Assembly: GCA_951406725.2 (NCBI GenBank)
Contig: OX597830.1
Span: 4,960,001-5,024,000 of the forward strand
DNA from: Octopus vulgaris
Taxonomy: Eukaryota
Reading direction: 5' to 3'
Length of the DNA stretch: 64,000 nucleotides
Shown piece by piece: positions 41,117-52,998 of the stretch. The translations under genes were made by a program, and so were the position numbers. How positions within the stretch are numbered: position 1 is the stretch's first letter; every line of letters starts with the position of its first letter. Below the pieces are notes generated by a model. It saw only the letters and a program-made list of their open reading frames with translations, did not search any database and was not told the DNA's origin.

Positions 41117-41368
41117 TGTGCCGGTGGCACGTAAAAAGCACCAACCCATCGTGGCCATTGCCAGCCTCGCCTGGCACCTGTGCCGGTGGCATGTAAAGAG
41201 CACCTGCTACACTCACAGAGTGGTTGGTGTTATGAAGGGCATCCAGCTGTAGAAATACTGCAAGATCAGACTGGAGCCTGGTGCAGCCTTCTGGCTTCCC
41301 AGACCTTGGTCATACTGTCCAACCCATGCTAGCATGGAAAATGGACGTTAAGCGATGATGATGATGAT
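41117..41368 (+). mobile_element. Family C retroposon
   Basis: tgtgccggtggcacgtaaaaagcacc subrepeats, (GAT)n tail. Confidence 0.85.
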
Positions 41369-41594
41369 CAAGATAACTAAATCACTGGCTTAGCTATGTT
41401 CAGAAGTTTGCTTGCAATGACATGGCATCAGATGCAGTTCCAATATGTGTCATCTTAGGCAAAGTGCCTTATACTTAGGCAAAGTGTCCAGTGATGACCA
41501 AAGAAATTGAAAGCCTATTTGTGTGTGTGTCTCCTTGTCTTGAAACTGCATGATAGTTGTAAATGAGTGTCACCTTCTTACAGGCAGTATCAAT

Positions 41595-42154
41595 TTACTC
41601 TTTTACTTGTTTCAGTCATTAGACTGTGGCCATGCTGGAGCACCACCTTTAGTTGAGCAAATCGCCCCCAGGACTTATTCCTTGTAAGCTTAGTACTTAT
41701 ACCATCGGTCTCTTTTGCCGAACCACTAAATTATGGGGACATAAACACACCAGCATCGGTTGTTAAGCAATGTTTGGGGGACAAACACAGACACACAAAC
41801 ATATACACACACACATATATAGATACATATGTGACCTCGTGTGTACCGTTGGCGATTTTTTTTCTTCTGTCTTCCCTTCTCTGGATCTTTCCTTCTATGT
41901 TTCCAACAAAGAGCTCTGCTCGAAACGTTAAACCCTCCTTCTTTCCTTTTTTCCTGAGCGTCCAATAATACTATATTTGTTCCACGTTCTTGCGTTATTG
42001 TGTTTTTTTTGTGCTTTCTTGTTTGAATTTACTATATCTATATATACATATATACGACGGGCTTCTTTCAGTTTCCGTCTACCAAATCCACTCACAAGAC
42101 TTTGTTCAGCCCAAGGCTATAGTAAAAGACACTTGTCCAAAGTGCCATGCAGTG
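41595..42154 (-). mobile_element. SINE family B interrupted by a Penelope-like insertion
   Basis: Tail 41595-41829 and head 42035-42154 are contiguous in the copy at 33483-33909. Confidence 0.85.
41830..42030 (+). mobile_element. Penelope-like pseudo-LTR fragment with decayed hammerhead
   Basis: tttCCAACAAagagctctgctcGAAACGTTaaa at 41900-41932; reverse complement of 26080-26296. Confidence 0.65.
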
Positions 42155-43237
42155 GGACTGACCCTGGAACCATGTGGTTCGTAAGGAAGCTACTTACCAC
42201 ACAGCCACTCCTACATGTTCAGCTAAGGGAAAATATTTCCTTAATTGAGAAAAGTTAGGGATTGGCAAGAGGGAGGGCAATCAGTCATAGAAAATCTCCT
42301 TTAATGAGGTCATCTAACCCATGCCAGCAGGATAAAATAGACATAGCCCTTTCCAATTGATGCATTTGACCAGCAATTTTGAGGTGGGAGGGATTTAGTG
42401 GATTACACAGGCCTCCACTACTTTATCAACCCTGAAAAGATGAATGTAAAGAGCCTGAAAAAATATCACAAGGTATTTTGTCTAACACATTTGTCACTCA
42501 CCTGCCCTTATTTAATTATTGTCTCCTAGAAATAGCAGTCAATATACATTAACTGACACAACCATGCTAGAAGAAAGAACACATTAAGTAATGAAGTTTC
42601 TGAAAAACTGCTTTCATACATAATACAAATTGCAGTAAAGATATCTTTTAATAAACTTTTTTTTTATAAGAGAATAAACAATAGATTTTTTGGGGTTTTT
42701 TGTGAACTTGTTATTCATTTGTTAGAATATTAATAATTCTGGCACTGCCTTTTACATGAATTTTAACTAGGAATCACTTTTGCCAAGACATTTGTAATAT
42801 AAGAAAGTCTGATGAAATTGTAGCAAAGAAATAGTCATAAATAATGCTTACTAGTTAAGGAAAAAACAACAAATAAAAATATTCAGGAAATTAACTACGG
42901 CAGATAATTTTCGAATATAGATATCCAAGTTCAAATCACATTCTAGAAAACTTACCCTATTTCTGATACCAATTTTGTTGTAACAACAAACAACTTAATA
43001 AATTTCATAAAACTCATCATCAGTTTATATAACACTATTCTCTTCAGTTCTTACAGAATCAACAGTTCTTTTAGAAATTAGTAATTCTGTCTTGAAATTT
43101 ATTCCCCTCTCCACACCAGACAAGAACAAACAGAACTACAACATACCAATAAATCAACTTCCATTTATTCAGCTGATGATTTTACAAGACAATGTATTTA
43201 TGTACGAATACAATAAACACTACAAAAATGCATGCGA

Positions 43238-43720
43238 AATACCTTTGTTACCACATTTCCATTGCTTCAATTAATTCTTAAAATAATGAAGAATTTAGTA
43301 AAATTACTGTTTTGAACATCATCATCATCGTTTAACGTCCGTTTTCCATGCTAGCATGGGTTGGATGGTTCAACCGGGGTCTAAGAAGCCAGAAGGCTGC
43401 ACCAGGCTCCAGTCTGATCTGGCAGAGTTTCTACAGCTGGATGCTCTTCCTAACACCAACTACTCCGTGAGTGTAGTGCTTTTTATGTGCTACCGGCACA
43501 GGTGCCAGGTGAGGCTGGCAACAGCCATGATTGGTTGGTGCTTTTTACGTGCCAGGGGAGGCTAGCAACAGCCACGATCGGTTGGTGCTTTTTACGTGCC
43601 ACCAGTACAGAAGCCAGTCAAGACAAAACTGTATGGAAGGTTTTAATTTAGATCACTTTAAAACAGCAAGTTTGTATCATAGAACCAGAAGAGGTGGTCT
43701 GAAGAGGATTGGTATGAAAA
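43238..43720 (-). mobile_element. Non-autonomous piggyBac-like element split by a family C insertion
   Basis: ataatgaagaatttagtaaaat matches the reverse of attttactaaattcttcaatat in 61351-61626; resumes after the insert with atggaaggttttaattt. Confidence 0.55.
43317..43620 (-). mobile_element. Family C retroposon
   Basis: catcatcatcatcgtttaacgtccgttttccatgctagcatggg; duplicated ggttggtgctttttacgtgcc subrepeat. Confidence 0.88.
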
Positions 43721-43864
43721 CAGCCATCTAATTCAATGAATAATAAAAATAAAGTTTGTATGAGATACATTTTTTTCAGGAAAATACACAATCGATTGAG
43801 TTGGAATAATTTGAAATAAAAGTACATTAAAGTATTTATAACTATTTGTTTATCTTATTCCTAG

Positions 43865-43980
43865 GTGTGTTAGAAATTTAAAGCCTAATGAAGTGCAGAC
43901 TTGCCAGTTACCATGCCCACGAGACTGTGAAGTAACTGATTATTCTCACTGGTCACCTTGCAGTGCTACTTGTCAAGAAG
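43865..43980 (+). CDS. THSD7A: THSD7-like exon 5 (116 nt, phase 2 to 1)
   Basis: ttattcctag acceptor, gtaagt donor; WCVRNLKPNEVQTCQLPCPRDCEVTDYSHWSPCSATCQE; split codon TG|G joins exon 4. Confidence 0.92.
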
Positions 43981-44636
43981 GTAAGTAAATAGTTTTTTAT
44001 TTATAAGATGTGGAACGTAGAACTAGAAATTGTTTTCCCGGAAGAGTTTTATTCTGTTTAGTAATGGTTCTAGTTTTACATTTGAGGAAAATATTAAAAT
44101 TTTTCTCTTTCGCTTTTTTCTTTTGCATTAGACTTTAATTTAAAAAATTTCCATTTACTCTGTATGACATCTGATCACTTACAATATATAAATAACATTT
44201 TAACTGGGAATATTTTACTGCAAAAATTAACTTGAATTGATTATTAAACTTTAAAGAATTCTCTAGTTCATAAACCTAATATGATTGTATAATGAGCTTA
44301 TCTATATTTCAATGCACAACAAGATGAAACCCTACACATTTAGAAGGATTTCAATCAGGATGTTGATTTCAGGTTGGGAATGATTGCAACAGTAGCTCAA
44401 AGATAAGTTTTTAACCACACAATATTATGTGTTAGTTATCTTTCTAAAGATATCATATCTTTGCTACTCTCTAAAGGTTACGTTATGTTTTTAAGTTTCT
44501 AATAAATCCTGTAAAAATCTCCAAGCTTTTTAGAAGCCATTTTATGTGGTTTATAAGAAAAGGACAAATCTTTTTCAGGAAAAGACTTTTTTGTTTGTTC
44601 TTTAAAAAATAATTTAATTACATTTCTCAGTTTAGA

Positions 44637-44644
44637 ATGTGTGT

Positions 44645-44705
<61 letters not shown>

Positions 44706-44725
44706 TGTGTGTATGTGTGTGTGTG
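44637..44725. repeat. (GT)n(GA)n(GT)n compound microsatellite
   Basis: Direct reading. Confidence 0.95.
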
Positions 44726-44999
44726 TTGTAGACTGTTCCTTATTTAAATGTTTAAAATCTTACAGGCAATTTTCATCAGTAAAAGACAGTTGGTGTCCAA
44801 TATACAATGAATTAGAGAATATTTGAAATATTTCAGCTGAAGTCATTAAAGTATGAAAAAATAGGTGAAAGGATTTGCACATGAATAGCAAAACATATTT
44901 TCTAATTGACTCTTGTTAGTTTGTTTGCTTTTACTGAAAATTATTTCCTGTGAGAATAAAAATAAACCATTTCTGAGCAATTGAGCTACAAGAAAAATT

Positions 45000-45520
45000 G
45001 AGTCCATGCTTCCTAGGTTGATAAAATAATTGTATGAATTCAGCATGATCAATGTTGATGGGACATTGTCATGAATGACCTGGGAGTTCCACACTGAGAA
45101 AAAAAATAGTTATCAAACAGTCCTGATACAGAAGGGGCTAGTTCGGATGAAAAGTAAATCAAAGATAGCATTCAGATATTGATGGAAAAGACTGTCTATT
45201 GATCTTATGAAGTGTAATGGTAACAAGTGGCAGTATGATAGGGCTTTAATAAAATTGATGTTTGTTAAAATTACATTTAGGACGAGCACACAAAATACCA
45301 ATTTATACAAGCATTTATGCATGTTTATATATATGAAGGTATATCGTTAATTAAAATCTTAGGGTAGCAAGAATATTTATCGAAAAAATTCTTCAGTGGT
45401 CTAGCGGGAAGGAAAAAATTTAGTCCATAGACTATACATGATTGAGAGAAGAATACAGTGTACATTAGAACACATAAGAGATACCCAAAAAATAGGATAT
45501 CTGACTCACTAGAAAGAGCC
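45000..45520 (-). mobile_element. Very degraded CR1/L2-type LINE ORF2 C-terminus
   Basis: Minus strand LLPLHFIRSIDSLFHQYLNAIFDLL..IRT..WNS echoes the LxPLxxRR..LFYRY..WNSLP ending of this group. Confidence 0.35.
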
Positions 45521-46430
45521 ACTAATTGTTGTAATTCTGAAAGTGATTGAAAAATAAAAACTTTTACCTTATTATCCTAGACCCTAGGTATATCTATGGA
45601 TATATGAAGATACAAATGTGTATATTTATGCATATATAATATTTTATAAGACTTTAATTTTTATACTTAATGAGTGATATAGTTGGTATGACAAATAATT
45701 ATTTTTAATTAGCTGGAGAGAGGTAACCCTCATTAACGTTGTAATCCCTAACCAGACAAAGGAGCTGCATCTTGTAATGGGTTGGTCTTCTCATGGCCAA
45801 TATTAGCAAAAAAAATAATTCCAAAGTGCCATAATGGAAAAGAATGGTTGTATATTTAATGAGGAATCCAGGAAGGGAGACAGCAGGAATGTCAAAATGA
45901 ACAGAGAAAAGTTTATTAGGTGGGTCTCATTGAAGATGGCTTTTAGCTTGATCTTTTAGAGGGTTAGGTGCTATTTGGATAGTGAAAGAAATTGGGTAAG
46001 AGAGAAAACAAGCAGCACAACTGTGACTTTATAGTTTGGTGGTCAATGAACTTTATCAATTAAGTAAATAGCCTTCATTTATATGTGATCTGTACTTGAG
46101 TTTGGTAACTGGTCAACAACTGACCAGAACTGAAACTAGATCAAGCAAGTCAATGAGACGTTACCATCAGAGCTCATCAGGGTTGAGTAGTATTTGTAAT
46201 GGGTTTAGTTGTGTGATGATCATCTATAAGGAGGGGGAATGTTGTGCCAAAATATTTCTGTAATGTGTGTTTGTGCAGGGTTTGGGTGGCTTTCAGGTGT
46301 TGGAGAAGGTTAAGTTGTTGTGTCACTTTTAAGGAATCATTTAAAGAACTCTGTTCATGGACATAGTGCAAGCCGCAGACGACGCTCATGTACAAATAAA
46401 GATAATTGTTGGATGATATTATCTGCTTAG

Positions 46431-46432
<2 letters not shown>

Positions 46433-46523
<91 letters not shown>

Positions 46524-46547
46524 CGTGCGTGTGTGTGTGTGTGTGCA
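46433..46547. repeat. (GT)n microsatellite
   Basis: Direct reading. Confidence 0.97.
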
Positions 46548-48109
46548 CGCACACATGCTTAGATGTATGTAGTGTTGGAGATATAACAAAATCTTATGTT
46601 CTGATAGTGAGAGTTTACATGCAGCAAAGATATCCTCAAACATGAAACATTATCTTTTGATAGAATGATCAAAATAGATTATTTTTTGTTAAGTTTTATC
46701 TCTGTTGAATTCTTTCTTTGTTTAATTCAATTTTGTTGCTCCTTTTATATTCATCACCAACAACAACTTGGTTTGGTACTGGTAAATGGAAACATCATTG
46801 CCATTTCTTCACTCTTCAACTTCATACCACAAGTAACAGCCTGTATATGCACCTTGGTTATACAAAGTTGTTGTCAATTACTGAATCTAATATGATATAA
46901 CGGTGCTAACATTTTTTACAGCCTTCATGATAATCACACTGATCAGATTTTTGCTTCATATTCTAGACTACTTTCATTAATTATTATTTTTAACTAGAAT
47001 AAAAGTGAAAAACCAATAACCACATCACAATTGATGTTAGAGAAACGTGTAAGGATAAACAGAATGATTAAAAACAGCCATCATATTTAGTTTCATAAAC
47101 GGTGTCATTTGGGAGCTAATTTGCAATCATTGAATAATTTTCTGTTGACTGAAAAACTTTAAACATCAGGATTAAATATAAAAAAATAATTAGTGGGTTC
47201 TTTTTTTAAAAATATTGCAAAGATTTAGCAGCACATTATCTAAACTATATTTTAATTCCTTATTTATATGCCAAATACTAAAAGAAAAAAAACTAATTGA
47301 AAAATTTGTTTTTTAGGCAATCAATTTCTAATATACACTCCTATGTTCAGGTCTCTGGAAAAATATATCTGAAAATGACACACCTCTTCATATTTTAAAT
47401 ATATTTTCAAACAATCATACACATACATGGATATATACAAAGCACAGATGTATAAAAGACAATTGAAACATCAAATACGATGAACAATCCTAACATGGAA
47501 ATTCTTGCAGTAAGAGAAAGAAATTCCACGCTTTTGAATTACCATTATGGCTCACTTTCATACAAAGAATTACTATGTACATTTAGAAAATTGATTCCTT
47601 TAAAATCATCCTGAATAGCCAATTTGCTTGGTAACTTTTTACTAACCTAGTAATGTACAAGTGTGGCTGCTGTTCTCCACAATAAGTGATGGCTTGCTAA
47701 TTGGCAAAGCTGATAAATTTCTCTCACTAAACACTGAATATGAAAAATCTTTTGTGTTCCTAACTGCATGTTCTTGAGCATTAAAAGCCGTGATTGCTTT
47801 TTACTTGTGAATGTCACAAAAGAAGTGTGAGAATAGGGAAACGTTTTATCATTGTGTCTGAATAAGGATTTACTATCAAATTAAGTGAAAACTTGACAAT
47901 CCATGACCGTCAAATGGGAATAAGACACTGTAATTGACACGAGTACGCTTCAGGTATTCAAGCAGGTCTAAGCGTGTTGTCGCTGTTATTATTATTGTTG
48001 TTATTGTTTTTGTTGTAGGCAGTGAGCTGATAGAATGGTTAGCATGTGAGGCAAATGCTAAGTAGCATCTTTATTTTCTGAGTTCAAATCCCATCAAGGT
48101 TGACTTTAC

Positions 48110-49140
48110 AGAGCATATCAGTTCAGAAGATGGAAAAAGAAGGAAAGTAATAGAGTCACAAAGAAGACTGATGGAAGAATGGGAATTAGAAGATGAGGTT
48201 TGGAGAAAGGCTTGACAGAAACTCAATTCTGCTGCGATGGATGGGTCTTCTCAAGCACATACTATCACCATTCACCTCAGCCACCTGTCATCTCCTTCAG
48301 TCTTCACCATTTCATCCCACATCTTCCTGAGCTTTCCTCTACCACAAAAACTCTTTCCATGTTTAGTGATTGGCTGTTCTCATAATACATGACAATACAT
48401 GACCAAACCAGCACAATCTTGTCTCCTGCAGACAACATCCGATGCCACTTTTTCCTACTTTTTCTCTCAGCATTTTTGTGCTTTGTCATATATACACACT
48501 GACATTGCACATCCATTGGTGAATGCTAGTTTCATTTCTTTCTATTCTTCACATGTCTCCTGCATTCACAGCCTCAGTTTCACAACCATGCAGCATTCCT
48601 GTTCATACATAGGCATCATACAATCTGTCTTTCACTGTGAAGAAGGCTTTTGTTACCAGCTGAGGTAAAAGTTCCCTCAGCTTTCTCCATCCAGTTCTTA
48701 GCAATTATACTTTCAGAACATCTTTCTCCAATGCTAACTTGGGAGCCCTTCCGAGCATTGCATAGCATTTATTTCCTATGTGCCCTTTTTATTGCTCTTG
48801 CATATCTGCCACAAACAAATCCTACTTTCTCTGTTAATCTTCCTTTTATTCCACTGCTCTGCCAATGGGTTTATAGTTTGCACTGAGTACACTGTATGGA
48901 ATTTTCACCTACACTTTTTCTACATATAGAATGAGGCCATTCACCCAAAGGGTTTCTGTTTTCCTGCCAACTAGAACTTTGGTCTTTGTGAAGATAATTT
49001 CAATACTCTTTAATTCCAGGTTTTTCTTCCACACCTGGAATTCCATTCTTAGTTCTACTATAGTTTCAGCTTTAAGAAACAATGTCATCAGCATAGAGGA
49101 GTTCCCATGAGCAACCAATCTTAAATACCTCTGAATAAGT
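48110..49140 (-). mobile_element. RTE-clade LINE, 5'-truncated and decayed
   Basis: Minus strand GCSWELLYADDIV, AETIVELRMEFQVWKKNLELK..TKTKVLV, VKDRLYDAYV*TGMLHGCETEAV..RIERNETSIHQWMCNVSV; stops and frameshifts. Confidence 0.88.
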
Positions 49141-50727
49141 AAATTCCACAATCATGGAATTGCTAAGATAGACTTAACCAGAATTATTCCCTGAAATTTA
49201 TAATAGATGATTGATTAAAGCAATCAATGTTAATTTATAAATAAGTTTTGCATTTGAGAGAGAGAGAGTGGTTTTAGTATGAAGGTATAGATGTTGACTG
49301 ATCTTATGACCACTTTCCCTCTTTGGTAATCATATTGATTTATAATAATGGTATTCATTTAGTATCAACTTTAGTGGGATAGTAAACTATGTCTGTTTTA
49401 ACAGGACAACTAACTGTAATTTAACATACCTAATGTAACTTCACGTAAAGCCATTACCCTATTTCTGTATTTATATACAATTGCATATATACAATTTATA
49501 TCTATATTTGTACAGACACATGAGTGTGTAAGAGAAAGAGAGGGTGTGTTTATGTGTCTGTAACATATGAAAAATAGCTGATTGCACCATGATATACGCC
49601 ATACAATGCAGCAGGTTTTCTAAATAGTTTTACATTTTGGAAGAGAAATACTGTTTAATGGCAAATCTTGACGCTCACCGATTTTGACAACTAGCATCTT
49701 AAGGACTATTTTGATGTTCTTTTTTGGTTTGCTTTTAGTAACCAGTCTCAAAAACTGGTACATTTTTTTGTTTTTTATTCTCTAAGTCTTTGATATCTAA
49801 AGTAGAACATTATTTATTTTTTACTGACACATTATTCTACCTAAGAAAACTTGAAGCCATTCGTTTACTTTTAAATAGCATACTTATCTGATATTTTTCT
49901 GTTTGGTTTCTTTTCGTTGTTTCATATCATAGTGCCAAGTAAATATATAAATACGCTTGGATATTATTTTATGTAAAGGCAAAATGTAAGCGGAAGAGTT
50001 TTGCTTCAGATTGAAATCAAAGCAAAAAAAAAAAAAAAATGTAAATAAAACTTCCTGTTTAGAAATCGTCATTTTTGCATTTGTTTTTACAAATTCAAAA
50101 TATATTTATTGCTTTCCTAGAATTATTTCACACAAAGATTACATCTTGTTTGAATTTGTAATCTATTTCACATCCATGTGGTGCAAAGTCACTTTAAGTC
50201 ACTTTCGTTTATGCTTATTTGCAGGAGCCATGAACGACGCCTATTTTATGAGAGATTTCTGTCTCATAAAATACTTTATATTGTTTTCTTTTCCCTTTTT
50301 AGTGCAGCTTTTGATTGATTATTTTCCTTCATCGTTCACAAGCTAGTTATTCCTCACTTTAGCATGGGATTATTCTTAAATCTAAAGTTTTACTCTCACA
50401 TATTACATTTCTTATGACAACCCACTATTATAGTTAAAGGGATTTTTCCTCTCTTAATACATTTTCGATGTACATAGACACATGCACAAACACACACACA
50501 CATGCACACACACATGATGAGAAGGCTATTTTCTGTTTCTTTCCTTAATATAATTACAAGACATATTTTGTTCATAAAAAATAACTATATTATTTACAAT
50601 TTATTTACATCTCAAGTGTAAGTGAATGTTGCTTGTAAATTGTTTTATTTGAAAGATATTAATATTCTTACAAAATTTTAAAGGTTTCATGTCTCAGTTT
50701 CCATTTATTTAACTATTTGTTCTTCAG

Positions 50728-50937
50728 CAAGACAAGCAACTCCAACTCAGTCTCGGAAGAAATATATCCTACAACCAGCGGACGAAGGAGGAAAACCATG
50801 TCCAATGAAGCTGGTGGATACGAAACATTGCACTGATTTACCATGGTGTGATGAGTATCTTTGGGAGGTCACTCCGTGGAGTGCCTGTGTGTTGCCGCCA
50901 CGAGTGCCTTATTGTGGACAAGGATTACGAGGAAGAA
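50728..50937 (+). CDS. THSD7A: THSD7-like exon 6 (210 nt, phase 1 to 1)
   Basis: ttcttcag acceptor, gtaagt donor; ARQATPTQSRKKYILQPADEGGKPCPMKLVDTKHCTDLPWCDEYLWEVTPWSACVLPPRVPYCGQGLRGR. Confidence 0.92.
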
Positions 50938-51361
50938 GTAAGTTTGTTAATTAACTTTAATATTTCTGTTTACATCCACATTAAGGAAGTACCAGTTATA
51001 CACTGGCATCAGCTGGGATCTATTCAATTACTTACTCCTTGCAACTACCAAAACATACTAATGTAGAAACTTTCATCCTCCATTACCTATGTATCATGAC
51101 AGGCTCTTCTTTTCCAGCTCCTCCGCATCAAACCAGATAACATTGTTACACCGGATTGCTGTTCTGTCTGCGCAACACCTTGGAAAGTTTAGTCAAACAA
51201 ATCAACCCCGGTTTTCATTTTTTATCATTTTTAAAGCCTGGTATTTATTCGATCAGCCTCTGTGATGTTGAACCATTAATTTACAGACATGTAAAGGAAG
51301 GAGCCCTGACCATCAAGTAATTTCATGTAAATAAATATAAACAGGCACACTAATGCACAGA

Positions 51362-51541
51362 TGTGTGTGTGCACACACACATACATATAGACACATATAC
51401 ATACATACATACATATATATAGACACACGCACACACACATATATATATATACACACACATATATATATATATATACACACACACATATATATATATATAC
51501 ACACATATACATACATATATATATATAATATATATAGACAC

Positions 51542-51591
<50 letters not shown>

Positions 51592-51716
51592 GACACATAT
51601 ACATACATATATATATATAATATATAGACACATATACATACATATATATATATATAATATATAGACACATATACATACATATATATATATGTATATATAG
51701 ACACATATACATACAT
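51362..51716. repeat. TA/CA tract with higher-order unit of about 35 bp
   Basis: tatatagacacatatacata(cata)(ta)n repeated at least five times. Confidence 0.9.
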
Positions 51717-51717
51717 T

Positions 51718-51975
51718 TCTATAAAGCAGAAGTTGTGAGGTGGGGTGCAGGTTTGGCAGCCTTCAACTAACACTATCTCCTCCGAGACTCTGCGACGCAA
51801 GTTGACCAAAATTGAGAGTATGATAGAAAAAGGCTTGCTCTTCCTTCCGTAGAAGAAAAAAATTCAGATCAGACCATGTTAAGACCAAAAATTATGTACA
51901 TTAAAAAGGTGCTCTTTTTCTATGAAAATCCCTATTTTTTTTTTACGATTTTTGGCTGCTGTTTCACCATTTTTC
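51718..51975 (+). mobile_element. Helitron 5' portion (3'-truncated)
   Basis: tctataaagcagaagttg..cttcaactaacactatctcc: reverse complement of the copies at 28238 and 52999. Confidence 0.8.
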
Positions 51976-52058
51976 GTAATGAATACAGTTGCAGTCTTAA
52001 CTTCTTAATAGATTTTCAGTGCAGTACAAAACTTGAGCTTCATTTTGTTTTAAATATG

Positions 52059-52480
52059 CGGGTAATTTTTCTCCTCATTTTCTTTGTTGTTAACACAATG
52101 TTTCGGCTGGTATACCCTCCAGCCTTCTTCAGGTGTCTTAGGGAAATTTCGAATCTGGGTTCTCATTCTTAAGGTATTTTTCAATGTTATTATTATTATT
52201 CAGATCACTGCCTAGAATCGAACTCTGAATCGTTAAGTTAGTAGCCCACACTCTTAATCCCTACACTACAGGCATATGGTGTAGTGGTTAAGAGCACAGG
52301 CTATTAACCCCAAGATTCCAAGTTCAATTCCAGGCAGTGACCTTAATGATAATAATAGTAATAATAATAATAATAACAACAACAACAATAAAATCATTGA
52401 AAAATACCTTAGTTCAAAATTTCCCCAAGAAATTTCCCCTCATCAAACAAGATGAGGACAAATATCCATCAAATGTAAAT
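52059..52480. mobile_element. Head-to-head inverted pair of a tRNA-headed element with (AAT)n spacer and Penelope-like tail
   Basis: Right arm ggcatatggtgtagtggttaagagc..agttcaattccaggcagtgacc mirrors left arm gatcactgcctagaatcgaact..ctcttaa; cattgaaaaatacctta/taaggtatttttcaatg. Confidence 0.75.
52092..52137 (-). ncRNA. Minimal type-I hammerhead ribozyme motif
   Basis: gacac CTGAAGA a ggctgg agggtata ccagcc GAAA catt gtgtt: 5-bp stem I, 6-bp stem II, intact core. Confidence 0.72.
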
Positions 52481-52644
52481 AATATATATCTGTTAAACTT
52501 CAAGAATGGAGTGTTTTAACAATGGAATAAAATGAAAGATGACTGATTATAAATACAACATTTATATTGTTTATATAATTTATAAGATGGCTGAATGGTA
52601 AAGAACTATTTCAAATGAAGTGTGATATATAAATATCGTTATCA

Positions 52645-52960
52645 TGATCATCTTCATTTATCAGCTGCTTTCCATGCTGGCATGGATTGGACAATTTGAT
52701 GAAAAACAGGCAAGCTGGAGTCTACACCAGGTTCCAATCTGATTTGGCAAGGTTTCTACGGCTGGATGCCCTTCCTAATACCAATCACCCTGAGAGTATA
52801 ATGGGTGCTTTTTACATGTTGCTGTCACAGGTACAATTGACCTGACACTGGCATTGGTCATGACCATAGTCTCACTTGGCTTGACAGGTCAACACAAGTG
52901 TGCTACGTTGGCAAGAGTCTTGGTCACCTGTCACTGCCTCCATGAGGCCAAACACACAAA
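52645..52960 (-). mobile_element. Family C retroposon
   Basis: tttccatgctggcatgg..ggctggatgcccttcctaat. Confidence 0.78.
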
Positions 52961-52998
52961 TTTATGAGCCACCAGCACACACAGATATATATATATTA

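Noticed and set aside
42800-42845. Sense CTGATGA..GAAA..GTC motif (similar case on the minus strand near 8690-8722)
   Set aside because: No credible stem I; expected by chance in AT-rich DNA
46150-46185. Antisense CTGATGA..GTAACGTC hammerhead-like motif
   Set aside because: GAAA altered and no stem I or II pairing
49900-49960. miR-96/263-like seed (cttggcact) on the minus strand
   Set aside because: No hairpin, and the rest of the sequence does not match the mature miRNA
51276-51809. Longest ORFs ([12 protein letters not shown]-rich, also at 39621, 46177, 10695, 63373, 22300)
   Set aside because: Translations of microsatellites, not genes
52271-52342. tRNA gene
   Set aside because: Has A/B boxes but no proper acceptor stem; it is a retroposon head
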